A stretch of 64,000 nt of DNA from Mobula hypostoma (lineage: Eukaryota). This document shows positions 1-13,082 of this stretch, one piece after another. Location: positions 47,804,001-47,868,000 of the forward strand of contig NC_086108.1 of the NCBI RefSeq assembly GCF_963921235.1, read 5' to 3'. The notes below the pieces were generated by a model. That model did not search any database and was not told where the DNA came from. It saw only the letters and a list, made by a program, of their open reading frames with translations. Within the stretch, counting starts at the first letter, position 1. Each line of letters begins with the position of its first letter. A program made the position numbers and the translations under genes.

Positions 1-610
1 TAAAAGTGGCATCACAGGTAGATTGGAATGTTATGATGAGGTTGTATAAGGCATTGGTGAGGCCGAATCTGGAGTATTGTGTTCAGTTTTGGTCACCAAA
101 TTACAGGAAGGATATTAATAAGGTTGAAAGAGTGCAGAGAAGGTTTACAAGGATGTTGCCGGGACTTGAGAAACTCAGTTACAGAGAAATGTTGAATAGG
201 TTAAGTCTTTATTTCCTGGAGCATAGAAAAATGAGGGGAGATTTGATAGAGGTATATAAAATTATGATGGGTATAGATAGAGTGAATGCAAGCAGGCTTT
301 TTCCAGAGGCAAGGGGAGAAAAAAACCAGAGGACATGGGTTAAGGGTGAGGGGGGAAAAGTTTAAAGGGATCATTAGTGGGGGGGCTTCTTCACACAGAG
401 AGTGGTGGGAATGTGGAATGAGCTGCCAGTTGAGGTGGTAAATGCGGGTTCTTTTTTAACATTTAAGAATAAATTGGACAGATACATGGATGGGAGGTGT
501 ATGGAGGGATATGGTCCGTGTGCAGGTCAGTGGGACTAGGCAGAAAATGGTTCAGCACAGCCAAGGGCCAAAAGGCCTGTTTCTGTGCTGTAGTTTTTCT
601 ATGGTTTCTA
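1..610 (+). mobile_element. CR1 LINE 3' end (RT C-terminus and tail), truncated by the window edge
   Basis: LYKALVRPNLEYCVQFWSP...RVQRRFTRMLPG...RGDLIEVYKI; ends in a tttctatggtttcta tail. Confidence 0.93.
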
Positions 611-3421
611 ATTTGGTAATGATCACAGATCAGCTGATTGATCAAATTGATTCTTGTATCTGCGACATTGTCATAGTGCCTTCAAAGTGCAATGGCCACA
701 GTGAATGGTTCCTTAGGGCATTTTAAAGCTTTTTGGAGGCAGTTGCATATAAAAACCCCACTCAACAACTTTCTAACCATGGTTCTCCTGTCTTTCAAAT
801 ACAGAAATGTCACTGGGGTTTCCAGCACATTTTAACTGGTGTAATGGAAGATTGACACTTTCAGGTCAACCAATGTCTCTCAGCATCATATTCCATATGC
901 TTTATATTCAACATACCAAACCCTTTGTACTTGGATGATTCCACCTTTCCAACACACACCCCAGCCCCAATACAATTAGACAGTTCTATGTCTGACATCA
1001 CCTCTTTTGAGCTGATGTTGAAATGAGGCTGCAAGTTTTGGTCACTATTTTTTGTGTATTGTAACACCACAAACCTTGCTCCTTTATGTGACAGCAGTCC
1101 CCAGCTGGAAGACAACCTTACATTTACCCTTCAACTTTAACAAAGCCTAAGTCAGGTTAACTGGCAGGTCTGGCACATTTACACCATCGCTGAATGCAAA
1201 CATTGATGGAATTTGACACACATCTTACAATAGCAACTGTACATGTTGTCTCTTGTGTTTTACTGAGTATATGCTAGTAAACATTGGGTAGTTTAAAAAA
1301 ATTCTAATGAAAATGCCAGAGTAAACTGTGGTATTAGCTTTGTTAGTAGATGAGGCTCCCCAATATAAACTAATGCTCAATGTTCTGATCGGTCTTTCCA
1401 TATTTAAAAGTGTTGTATTTTACTACAAGGTGGTTCTTGTGTACTATTTCTTAACAGCTTCTGGCTGTATTGTTTTCAAACCATGTTGGTTCCGTAGAAC
1501 TTCATTCAGCTAACCATAACCTTATTAGATTGCTAAGGATATCCTTCGCCGTAGTGTTTTTAAACAGGAATGCAAATGCAAAGCAGAACATATAAAAACA
1601 ACTAAGGGTTTCAATTTGAAGATTAGTGCCTTTGGTTAAGTAAGTAGGTTGATTTTTACTGTCATGTTAAGCCACACTGGTGGCATGGACATGTTTGCAG
1701 GACTTGTACACAGGGAGCAAAAACCATGTCTGTAACACTATCAACACACCATATGTATTCATTGTCTATGTTGTCTAACATTCCACTGGTTCAAATTTCC
1801 CACAATCTCTGGAGAAATCAGTCAAAAACATTTTCCCATTGTCCTTACAGTGCTTTTTGCACAACTTACTTTCCAAGTCTGCTTAAGCATGAGATAAATG
1901 CAGAGATTTGCCAGATTTCAGAAATAAAATGAAAATGATTCAAAAAAAATGAGCAATGTCTGTGAGAACCTGTGTTATCAGACCAACATTCCTTCCCATG
2001 GTGCTCTGGCTTTTGCAGCATTCTTCCATTGCATCAAAACTATTTATATAATAGTTCATTTTATAACACCAACTATTTAAGAAATATGGTTTTGGGAGGA
2101 TAGAGGGATTTGAATGGCATGATTTTGAATAATTTCCATCTTCAATAGAGCATCATGGCTGGCTAGTAAGAAAAGTTGATTTTTCCTAAAATGTTGATTC
2201 TTTTGGAGCTATAGAAGCAATCAACATTTGTATTCAATACCTGGCAGCTTTGAGCACTATAAGCAACTTTACTGGTTGCAAGGAGATAACATGTTCTTGT
2301 TGGGAGCTACGATTAAAAAATGAATACAAACATACTAGAAAGGTATAGCTGGCATTTCACAAGGAATTGAATACTCTTCCTAAAAGAATTATGTCATTAA
2401 CCAATTTTAAAACTACTGCAAATATTGTGGAGAAGTTATGTTATGGTAGTCTCCAGATGGATCAAATTGCAGATCTTGTAATTGTTGGGCACCGGCTCTT
2501 GCCAAACCAGATTTAAAAACTGACCAGTTAAAAGATAAGCCTGCAAGACTATCAGTTATACTAGAGTGGATTCATTCTCCCCATTCTTTCTATGGCAGAA
2601 ATTCAAACTCAGTTCTCAGGTAATTTCAGTTCACTTTTACACTGCAGCTTATAGTGCTGGAATACTTTGCACAAGGCTCAATTTATATACCAGTTTATTG
2701 AGAAATAATTCCATTGTTAGCCTGTTTTCCGTGATAGAACATTTAAAACAGATGTATATTTAAAATAATGGGATTAAAAATAGAACAAGTTGTGAGCTTA
2801 AGTATTATAACCCATCCTTGCTTCTCAACTGCTGAGGTTAAAAATGTACATTTTTTTGGTTTAGCTGAACAAACAGCAAAATAATGGTGATTTGTGTTAT
2901 TATTTTTGCAAATGTATTATTTATTTGGATCTTTCTAAAATGGTTAAAATTCACTAGATCGTTGAATCCTAGCTTAAAGTTTGATAGTAAAGACTGAATG
3001 AACTAAAAACAAGTTTCAAAATACACTTCAAAATAACTATGGGGATGTTTATTTGTCTTAAACTGATCTAACTTAATGGCTTGGATTTTTACTTTTAAAA
3101 CTTTTTCTCCAGTATTGTTTCTGCCAAATATACTTTGATAAAATATTGTGCAACTAGCATAAACTGAATAAATGTCATATTTCCAGGTTAAATAAAAAGA
3201 TTATACTAAGAACTGTGGAATGAAATAACACTATAATTGTCATACTAAATGCTTCATTATTTAAGAGCTAAACTTATTCCAATATGAACTTATGGGAAGT
3301 TTATAATTGTTTGAATAAACCAAACTCTTTGTTTCCTTTGGCAATTGCATCCAAATGTTAATGATTAAAAGCATTTGGCCACTTAGGTTTTAACAAGACA
3401 ATGCCAAGTAGTCACATTCAG

Positions 3422-3576
3422 AAAAATTGCTGGTGAACACAGCATCCGGGCCTCGGGTCTCAGCCCGAAACGTCGACTGTACCTCTTCCGATAGATGCTG
3501 CCTGGCCTGCTGCATTCACCAGCAATTTTTGTGTGTGTTGCTTGAAATTCCAGCGTCTGCAGATTTCCTCGTGTTT
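3422..3576. mobile_element. Penelope-like element (PLE) derived short repeat with an inverted 5' segment
   Basis: aaaattgctggtgaa ... ttcaccagcaatttt inverted arms; gggtctcagcccgaaacgtcgactg hammerhead 3' half; imperfect flanking duplication tagtca(ca)cattcag. Confidence 0.7.
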
Positions 3577-3794
3577 TAGTCACACATTCAGTTTCACTTA
3601 ATCAAGATAGATTAACAAGGATTTCCACCCTAGCCCTTTCTTCACCTCTTTACACATTTGTAAGCCTCTGTCATGTTTTTGGTGCAATACAGAATCGATC
3701 ATCTATTCACTCCCTAATGAAATTTTTGAAAATTCTTGTCTCTCTCCCCCTCCCCTATGCAACACGGCAACCTGTTGATGCAGAAGTATAAACC

Positions 3795-4260
3795 AGGCTT
3801 AACAAACCTTCCTGCTAAGATATTAGTCCCCCTCCAGTTCAGATGCAAACCATCCCTTCTGTACAAGTCCCACCTTTGCTGGAAGGGAGCCCAATAATCC
3901 AAATATCTGAAGCCCTCCTTCTTGCACCAGCTGATTAACCACATTAAATAGTATGATCTTCCTATTTCTGGCCTCACTAGCACGTGGCATGTGCAGCAAT
4001 CCTAAGATCATGACTCTGGCAGTCTTGTCCTTTAACTTAGCCCTAGCTCCCTTAACTCACTTTGCTGGACCACTTCCTCTGGCTGCTCACTGTTCCACTT
4101 AAGAATGTTGTAGACTTGATCCGAGATGTCCTTGACGCTGGCATCTGGGAGGCAACATCCCATCCAGGAATCTTGTTTTTGTCCACTGAACTTCCTGTTC
4201 CCCTAACCAATGAATCCCCTATCACTACAGCTCACCTCTTTCTTCCCTTCTGAGCCACAG
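3795..4260 (-). mobile_element. CR1 ORF1 (SGNH esterase) fragment
   Basis: RWDLYRRDGLHLNWRGTNILAGRF; homologous to ORF1 at 40666-41406. Confidence 0.8.
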
Positions 4261-4362
4261 CTCTGACTGCAGTGGCTTTCCTCTGCTATATCATTTCCCT
4301 CCCAACCCCCACCCCCCCACCACCACCCACTTCCCGAAAGCTGGATGCAGTTTTTGCAGTTA

Positions 4363-5838
4363 CAGTGGCATGCAAAAGGCTGGGCACCCCGGTCAAAATT
4401 TCTGTTACTGTGAATAGTTGAGTAGAAGATGAACTGATCTTCAAAAGTCATAAAGTTAAAGATGAAACATTCTTTTCAACATTTTAAGATTAGAAATTTG
4501 AGCTGTTATTTAACTTTTACAAAGGTCTCAGACCTTAATTAACTTGTTAGGGCTATGGCTTGTTCAGTCATCATTAAGAAAGGACAGGTAATACAAATTT
4601 CAAAGCTTTATAAATACCGACTCCTCAAACCTTGTCCCAACAATCAGCAGCCTAGCACTCTGAAAATTAAAACAAACAGATGCCCACAAAGCAGAAGGCT
4701 ATAAGAAGATAGCAAAGCGTTTCCTCAGTTCGTAATGTAATTAAGAAATGACAGTTAACAGGAACGGTGGAAGTCAAGTTGAGGTCTGGAAGACCAAGAA
4801 AACTTTCCAAGAGAACTGCTCGTAGGATTGCTAGAAAGGCAAATCAAAACCCTCGTTTGACTGTAAAAGACCTTTAGGAAGATTTAGCAGACTCTGGAGT
4901 GGTGGTGCACTGTTCTACTGTGCAGTGACACCTGCACAAATATGACCTTCATGGAAGAGTCATCAGAAGAAAACCTTTCCTGCATCCTCACCACAAAATT
5001 CAGTATCAGAAGTTTGCAAAGGAACATCTAAACAAGCCTGATGCATTTTGGAAACAAGTCCTGTGGACTGATGAAGTTAAAATTTAACTTTTTGGCCACA
5101 ATGAGCAAAGGTATGTTTGGAGAAAAAGGGGTACATAATTTCATGAAAAGAACACCTCTCCAACTGTTAAGCACAGGGGTGGATCGATCATGCTTTGGGC
5201 TTGTGTTACAGCCAGTGGTACGGGAAACATTTCACTGGTAGGGGCAAGAATGAATTCAACTACCAGCAAATTCTGGAAGCAAATGTAACACCATCTGTAA
5301 AAAAGCTGAAGATGAAAAGAGGATGGCTTCTACAACAGGATAATAACCCTAAACACACCTCAAAATCCACAATGCACTACCTCAAGAGGTGCAAGCTGAA
5401 GGTTTTGCCATGGCCCTCACAGTCCCCTGACCTAAACATCATTGAAAATCTGTGGATAGACCTCAGAAGTGCATGCAAGATGGCCCAAGAATCTCAGAAC
5501 TAGAAGCCTTTTGCAAGGAAGAATGGGCGAAAATCCCCCAAACAAGAATTGAAAGACTCTTAGCTGGCTACAGAAAGCATTTACAAGCTGTGATTCTTGC
5601 CAAAGGGGGTGTTACTAACCATGCAGGGTGCCCAAACTTTTGCTTCAGGCCCTTTTCCTTTTTTGTTACTTTGAAACTGTAAAAGATGGAAATAAAAAAG
5701 TAACCTTGCTTAAAATATTAAAGAAATGTGTCATCTTTAACTTTATGCCTCTTGGAAATCAGGTCATCTTTTACTCGCTTAGCTATTCACAGTAACAGAA
5801 ATTTTGACCAGGGGTGCCCAAACTTTTGCATGCCACTC
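4363..5838 (+). mobile_element. Tc1-family DNA transposon, IR/DR type, decayed transposase
   Basis: TA-CAGTGGCATGCAAAAG ... CTTTTGCATGCCACTC-TA termini; catalytic motifs [16 protein letters not shown] and [15 protein letters not shown], broken by stops and frameshifts. Confidence 0.93.
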
Positions 5839-5989
5839 TATAGTAACCAGGACATTGGATGTATGATTTGTTCATGTTCAAAATCCCTTTATAAGCATCC
5901 ACAGCACTGCAACTTGATCAGCTCATTTACTTGCAGATTCTTTGCACCAAATAATCCAAACATAGTAAAGAAACAAATCAAGAGAATCA

Positions 5990-6203
5990 GAGAAAATATG
6001 TTTACAATATTACTTATTTTTTCCTTTATCACATGCTCAATTTGTTGTCTTTTGCACAATGGTTGTTTATCTATCTTTGTTGCAAGCAGTTTTCTTTACT
6101 GATTCTATTATGTTCCTTCATTTATTTATATTGAACACTCAAGAAAATTAACCTCATGGTAGCATATGGCGATGCATGTGCATTGATAATAAATTTACTT
6201 TTA
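5990..6203 (+). repeat. LINE 3' UTR tail fragment (Rex1/Babar-like)
   Basis: Ends gataataaatttacttt; the same tail follows the RT remnant at 62275-62825. Confidence 0.55.
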
Positions 6204-7244
6204 TATTGGGAAATACTGTAGAACCAGTGGATTATGGCTTCTGTGCCACAAACTTCTGCAGAATTAATGAACTGAAAATTTCTAACTAAATGGTTCTTAT
6301 AATTTGATTAAGGAACTTAAAGAAACACAAATTCCACAAAGTCAAGAGTTCAAATATTTAATTGCCTATGTCATCTATTGTTTTAGGATTGTTAGCTACA
6401 TAGTTTGGAACATTTGATTCTCACAAAGGTGCTCCTTAATCCTTCACTAATCCATCCTAATACAAGTACACATTTGAAAACCCTTGTCAAGTTCGAGCAT
6501 TTAGAGTAGTACAATAAGTTATAGCAGAGGCAAACATTGAAAAGCTCTTTCTAGAATTGTGTATGTCCCACTCTGGCACTTCAAATTCTAACTGTAAGCT
6601 TTTAGTTTAATGCTTCCAAACAATCGTTTTCTTCTACTTTATATTCATCCAAGTATAAAAATTGTTTATAAAAGATGATAAAACATTGAACCCAAAACAA
6701 ACAAAAAAATGCTCTAATTGCAGGCTGGTCAGCTTATCCATGACTTGTTTAAACCCCAAGGAAGGATTTAAAAACAAATGGGAAGATAGGAAATATGATC
6801 CTGCTCTCCATTCCTGTCACACCCCTTCCCCTACAAACCCCAAGATTACCATTGTATTTCTTCAAACCAGAGAACCTCATGATGAGATAATGTGCAAACG
6901 ATGCAAAACAAGATTCTGGGGAAGCTCCATTGAATAAACACTTTTTCCTATTTTCCAAATTTTGAAACAAAAATCTGCTGCATATCAGGTTTGCAGTTAA
7001 CCAAAATACCCACTAGGAATACACAAACATACCTACATCTTGGGATAATAGTATATACAGCTCAAATTAATTATAAGCAAACACAAAGAAGTTTTATGTT
7101 ACTATAAAAATCCAGACTTCATGCTTCAAGTTGTTCTAGAAACCTACATCCAACCATAAACAGTCTCTCTTCCCATTACAACCCCTGCAAAAAAAAAGTA
7201 TAACACAAATCACTAAACTCAAGCTGCTGAGAAAATGCAAAATA

Positions 7245-7504
7245 TTATAAACTGGGCATATTTGTTTTGGTGCATGGGCTCCATTCATTGGTTTCTGGAT
7301 CATATGCTTCCAGGTTGTTCAGAAACTCATTGCCATCGAAGCCTCCCACAGCATAAAGGAGTCCATTTACTACAGCAACTCCAGCATTACTCCTTGCTGA
7401 TGTCATACTTCCCATCATCTTCCACTCATTTTTGGTAGGATCATACATCTCAACACAACAGAGTGCATGGGTTCCATCGAAACCCCCAACAGCAAACACT
7501 TTTC
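7245..7504 (-). CDS. IVNS1ABP: IVNS1ABP coding exon 13 (last Kelch repeats and stop codon)
   Basis: [41 protein letters not shown]...[13 protein letters not shown], 260 nt; cag acceptor. Confidence 0.97.
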
Positions 7505-8294
7505 CTGCAAAAATAAGGGTTACATTATAAATGAAGTTGAGGGAGGGGAAAAAAAAACCCTGGCAAAGCTAGGGAAACAAATACAATGTGCATTCAGCCC
7601 CAAGCTCAGGCTATTTGTATTTCTACTTTGACTGCCAAGCCCAGCAATAATATAAGGTCAAATACACCAGATTCTGACCTCTAGCTTGTTTATGATTTGC
7701 ATGTACAAATGTTCAGATGTGGAAGTTAAGAAAAAGCTGAACCACATATAACACCGTCAACATTTCCTGATGAAAACAGGAAAGACCACCAGAATCCATC
7801 CCATGAAATAAAAGTTGAGGCTGGAATAAAGCCAAAGGAAAACAGACAAAAAGGACAGCTCCAATCATCTCTTATTCACACATGCATTCTGGGTCCAAAC
7901 AGCAGCCTCCTGTTAAGAGTTGTTCCACTACTATTTCATTACTTTAGTTCAAGCTCAGCTTTGATGGTGCACAGAAGCTGAATTGTTCAAAGCAACAGGA
8001 ATCAGGTATTAGTCTCACAGAATCTACAGCAAATGGTAATAGTTGATTTTCTATGCTGATCCCACATCCCTCTTCCTTGAAAGTGAGAGTGCACGAGAGA
8101 CACACAATTCCATCAAGATCCATAAGCATTTTATGAAAGATCTTAACTATGTTCAAGCCCAATTTGCTCAAATCCCTCCTCAAAAATAAACTTGAGTGCA
8201 TAACTAAATGAATCAATTCAGCATTTGTTCCTTGACTTTAGCCCAAGTCAATAAATTGATAAAAATCCAGACACAAGAATACATTTATTCTCAC

Positions 8295-8468
8295 CATTGT
8301 GAACAGCCACTCCCGCTCCACGGCGAGCCATATTCATGGGTGAAACCAGAGTCCAAGTGTTGTTCTCAGGGTTGTAACGTTCCACAGTATTCAGGCAATT
8401 CCAAGATTCTGCACCTCCAACCACATATAGGTAACCATCCAGTTCACATACAGCAGCCTGATGTCTAC
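8295..8468 (-). CDS. IVNS1ABP: IVNS1ABP coding exon 12 (Kelch)
   Basis: [39 protein letters not shown]...[11 protein letters not shown], 174 nt; tag acceptor, gtgag donor. Confidence 0.97.
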
Positions 8469-8632
8469 CTAATATTTCAATGATGTTTGGGAATACATGT
8501 TATAAAATGGTGCTAGAAAGTGAAAGTAGCCATTTAGCACGGGAAGATTTTAAAATATTCTGATTAAGTCCCTACATACTTAAAATGTGAAAGTACTACA
8601 AGTCTGTTAGTTTAATGTACAATCATACATAC

Positions 8633-8764
8633 GTGTATTCAGAGGAGCACAATTTGTCCAGGTTTTTGAGACTGGATCAAAAGCATCGCAATTCTTTAAT
8701 CCTTTCTGTCCATATGGATCTGAACCACCAACAATATATAGTTTTCCGTTCAGTGAACATACAC
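8633..8764 (-). CDS. IVNS1ABP: IVNS1ABP coding exon 11 (Kelch)
   Basis: [43 protein letters not shown], 132 nt; cag acceptor, gtatgt donor. Confidence 0.97.
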
Positions 8765-8829
8765 CTGTCAACCAACCAAAAATCAGTTACTAAACAAATC
8801 AGGAAATCAATTATTCTATCAACGATGCT

Positions 8830-9585
8830 TAGGATATTAATGGCGCCTAACGGCGACAACTTTGCTTGCATCTTCAGAAACAGCTCTATTTCAATCCTTA
8901 ATCTCTATTTTTCTCTTTCAGGGTTCTTCTGAAGACCCTGACCTGCAGTTACATGCTGTCTACGGTTCATTGGAGGAATGGGACCCACTCTTGGAGTTCC
9001 ATAACTGGCTGTTGTTCGGCATACCAAAGGCTCGGTCCAAGAGTCTGGGTCAAATTCCAAAGCCTAGGATCTTGGGGCTCTGGAGACAAGAGGATCAAGG
9101 GTCGGTGTCACGCCAGGAGACCCGGGATCTTCGCGATCTTCAGGCACAGAGCTCAAAAAAAGTGATGTAACAGACTTTTAACATTGTCAACCAGTGAGTT
9201 GTTTGTTATGTCTCCTCACTCGCTGTGAAAATAGAGACTTCTTCCTCCCTTATTAGGGGAAGAGAGAACCTGCTGTATGTTGAATACCAGGTGAAATGCA
9301 AAGTCCTTGGGGGTAACTGCAAGCGTGTCTTTGCTATTGCTTTGCTCACGCTTGAGTGCTCAGTGGTGGTGCTGATGCTTTTTTTTTTGCTGGTGGGGGG
9401 GATTGTTGCTTGCTGCCACTTACGCATGGAAGGGAGAAGCGGGGGGGTGGACTTTGGGGTTCTAACATTTAACTGTTGTTCATTCTTTGGGGCACTCCTG
9501 TTTTTGTGGATGGTCACGAAGAAAAAGCATTTCAGGATGTATGTTGTATACATTTGACATTAAATTGTACCTTTGAACCTTTGAC
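8830..9585 (+). repeat. Unclassified intronic retroposon-like insertion
   Basis: Starts near aatggcgcc and ends cattaaattgtacctttgaacctttga, a tandem tail typical of non-LTR 3' ends. Confidence 0.5.
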
Positions 9586-9603
9586 TATATCATGAATACT
9601 TAC

Positions 9604-9730
9604 CTGAATTACAACGATTAGTACGAAGCTCAGGCACCGGAGTCCAATCACAAGTATTTGGATTATAAGTTTCACCACAGCAAAGCTCATCTGAGTGGCC
9701 ATTAGATCCTCCGGCTACATACAGCCGACC
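9604..9730 (-). CDS. IVNS1ABP: IVNS1ABP coding exon 10 (Kelch)
   Basis: [24 protein letters not shown]...[11 protein letters not shown], 127 nt; tag acceptor, gtaagt donor. Confidence 0.96.
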
Positions 9731-9982
9731 CTACAACAGAAGAATGCATTGTAGATTTTAAGCCTTTTTAAAGATGAATTAATTTATATGAAGTTTATTT
9801 ATATTCATGGCTGAAATATTGTCAAGGGAACAGTGTGTAATGGTGAAAGGGTGGAAAAAAGAATTGGGGAATTTATTCAGCTACTCTTATTGAAAAGTGG
9901 ATCAAGCTAGAGGCAACTCCTTTAGCTTGACCAACTCCTGCTCCTACTTCATACTGTCTTGAAAAAATTTCTAATCACTCAC

Positions 9983-10104
9983 CATTAAAACTGCCATCTG
10001 AAACCGTGCCCGTGGTGTCCTCATTGGAGCAATAAAAGTCCATCCATCTGTTGCTGGATCATAACACTCGACTGTTCGCAAGCATTCCTCACGGTTATAG
10101 CCAC
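9983..10104 (-). CDS. IVNS1ABP: IVNS1ABP coding exon 9 (Kelch)
   Basis: [16 protein letters not shown]...[16 protein letters not shown], 122 nt; tag acceptor, gtgagt donor. Confidence 0.97.
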
Positions 10105-10619
10105 CTAATAATCAGTCAATTTAACAACTTATATCTTTAGCCTGAAAATACCAATGGAAACAAGATTCTACACCACAGAACACAGCTTCAAAGTACAATT
10201 TTCAAACTGAAGACAGGGCAAGTTCTCTGCACGTCTAAAGAATAGACAAATACAGGTTTAAAGTATAATGTTAAAAGATCAAGTTAGAAATACTTGTGTT
10301 AAGATAGCTCAGCAATGAAACCATTGGCTCTTTAGCTTTCTCTCCAGCACAAATAATAGTAGGTAGTTATCACTGTTGATACAGGGAGCAATTTGAATTT
10401 ACAGGAACATTTTGTGGAAACATAGTATGTGCAACTATTTCAAGGAAATAAGCTGCTGATAAACAGAATACTGTAATCATATGGGTTTTCATATGGAGTT
10501 GCTGAATGCATTCATAATAGGATTACTGCAAAGGAAAGACAGGAAATCCAGTGGAATACTGGCTTCTCAAATTTAATCACGACAAGTCCAAGGTGATGGA
10601 CTTTCTAAAGTCAATTAGG

Positions 10620-11430
10620 GAAAGGATATATACAGAAAATGGTTTAGTATTAAGAAATGTTGAGGAACAGAGTATTGTTTCTTTTTGTTTAAGTTAAACC
10701 AGGGCAGGACTAACATAGTACATGGCGGGTGCCTGGAGAGTGTTGTAGGGGTACAAACACAGTTCTCCAAAAGTGGCAACACAGATAAGATGGTGAAGCA
10801 GCATATGGTACACTTGCCTTCATATGTCAGAGAATCGAACGAAGTTGGGATGTTATGTTGCAACTTCGAAAAACACTGGTTAACCCACAAGCAGGAGTGA
10901 TGAGTGCTGTCTGCCCACCACACTTTAGGAAGGATAGATAGGTTGGAAGGTGTCAAGATTCACCAGGATGTTGCCACCAACCCTCCCATGATAGGGGTAT
11001 ATTAAAAAGGCAAATGTTTATTTAAAGTGGGAGGAAGGAGTTTAAAAGGGGGACAAGGGGAATGTTTTCATTCCTGACACAGCAAATGGAACCCACACAA
11101 CCCTAATCGCTGCCTCGGTAATAGCACTCACTTGACCATTTTACTCTACAGCACTTGTTTTAATTATGTTCTTTTCTACAGTTCTGCACAACTTTTCTTG
11201 TGAATTTTATGTTTCTATCTAATGCATGTACTTGAGATGCTGCTTTTCATTGCACCTGTGAATATGACGAACTTGACTATGTGTTGGAACCTGCTGCCAG
11301 AGGTGGGAGTAGATATAATCACTGCATTTTAAAGCCTTTTAGACAGGCAACTGGAGTGGAAAGACTACAGCACAGAAATAAGCACTTGACCAGCCCATCT
11401 GTGCTGATTTTTGTGCCCATCTGGACTTGC
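10620..11430 (+). mobile_element. Highly degraded CR1 3' fragments, interrupted by another LINE tail
   Basis: Patchy similarity to the 1-610 type sequence (gattcaccaggatgttgcc, gaacctgctgccagagg). Confidence 0.55.
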
Positions 11431-11681
11431 TGTTTGATAGTGGAGCTATATTTCCATGTTTTAGACTCCTTTATTACACAACCCTCCCCCCCCAAAAAAA
11501 AACCCGTGGATAAAGACCAAGCAATTAACAAACAACCCAGTTATACAAAACTAGTAGGTGATGTTGTACTAGATTTCCATTGTCTTCTGAGAAACCACCT
11601 AAAAATAGAAATAGTTTCTACCATCCCCGTATCACCCTTCCTCTAAAAACAGCAATTCCTTTCTGGAATGTTCACACTCAC

Positions 11682-11900
11682 CAGCAACAATTAGTTTGCC
11701 ATTCAGCTCTGCTGTTCCTAGACCAGAGCGAGCGTACTGCATGGGAGACAGGAGTTTATCATCTTCAGCCTGAATCTCTAAACTTATACTCTTTATTAGA
11801 CAAGGAGTGGTGGCAGGTGAACTGTGCGGACTGTTGCGGCCATGAAGAAAGATGACACACAGCACACCATTTAGAACAGCCAAGCATAGATAAGTAGTGC
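11682..11900 (-). CDS. IVNS1ABP: IVNS1ABP coding exon 8 (linker and start of Kelch 1)
   Basis: [24 protein letters not shown]...[22 protein letters not shown], 219 nt; tag acceptor, gtgagt donor. Confidence 0.96.
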
Positions 11901-12139
11901 CTATAAAGCAAAATAATTGCCAATGAGTACGTGGCAATACTTGTATTAAAACACAACTACTTTATTGTAATAACACAAATGTTGCAAAAGGGTGGGCAGG
12001 CAGGGAGGCCTAATTTGCCTTTCTCCCAGTTTAAACTACAGCCCTCTCTGTTGGCAACATTAGGCAGAACAGAGTGTTCTCTTCACTAGTTGTATAAACA
12101 TTTCATTCCAAATCAGAATCACTGGAATTATAAACTTAC

Positions 12140-12260
12140 TTGACGTTTTCTCTGAGGCAATGATTTTCCACTCATGTTTGTTTGTTTGCACTTGAGTAGA
12201 CAGATTTCCAGAAGTGCTGCTGTATATGTGCCGGTGATTGCTCTCCCGCGGAGATTTCTT
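12140..12260 (-). CDS. IVNS1ABP: IVNS1ABP coding exon 7 (linker)
   Basis: KKSPRESNHRHIYSS...KHEWKIIASEKTS, 121 nt; cag acceptor, gtaag donor. Confidence 0.95.
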
Positions 12261-12974
12261 CTGCAAAATCAAATGAGTAGCTAGAAAACCTAGCTAAGCT
12301 GCACTTGTACTCAGCTACTATCTTCACCATATTCTTACTGATGCACCAGTTACTGCATCATAGACAAGAAATTTGTCCAACAGATTCTAATTCACCTCCT
12401 CAAACCCATCTGTTGTAAAGAAGTTGCAAACTCTGCAAAAAACTTTTTTGTTAACAGATGTGTTCTGTGCTAAAATGTCAGATAAATCAGAATTAAACCC
12501 CTGGTCTCAGAGAATGAGAGAAAGTGATGGACAAACACAGGCCAGAAAATGCCAGCGACTAGGTGACAAACATAATGCACAGTTTATGCATTTTCAATCT
12601 GCACTGGACCTCAATAGTTCCATCTAATATCAGAGAATACTAATGATGGGCTGCCAACACAAGGTCTGATATTTCTACAGGTTAAGGAATTATCCCATAA
12701 TCTTTCCTTAAAATTCCATAAGCAACATCAAGACTGCCAACACCAGTCAACATTCCACAGGTTACTTGCTGTCCCATTTTCACAATCACAAAGGGATCCA
12801 TGGCCTGGTTGAGCATACACTTTTGTAGAACCTCAGGTGAACCACCAAATCCTATGTTTTATTCCTTAATGTATACTCAGGTTATTCTACTAAAGTTCTG
12901 TGCTAGACCAATTTGATAATTGAATGTACCATCCTGACATTTAGTGTCTATGTACACCCATTAATATTCAGTAC

Positions 12975-13082
12975 CTGTACAAACTGAATGTGGTCATCAT
13001 CAATGCCAAACACTTCAGCCTGTCCATCTAGTACGCTCCCATCAAGCAGTTTGTGATCAGCAGAGTAGTACAAGGTTTGAAC
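12975..13082 (-). CDS. IVNS1ABP: IVNS1ABP coding exon 6
   Basis: [36 protein letters not shown], 108 nt; cag acceptor, gtac donor. Confidence 0.97.

Noticed and set aside
8677..8871. 64-aa minus-strand ORF overlapping coding exon 11
   Set aside because: Wrong frame; the true exon reads [13 protein letters not shown] in another frame
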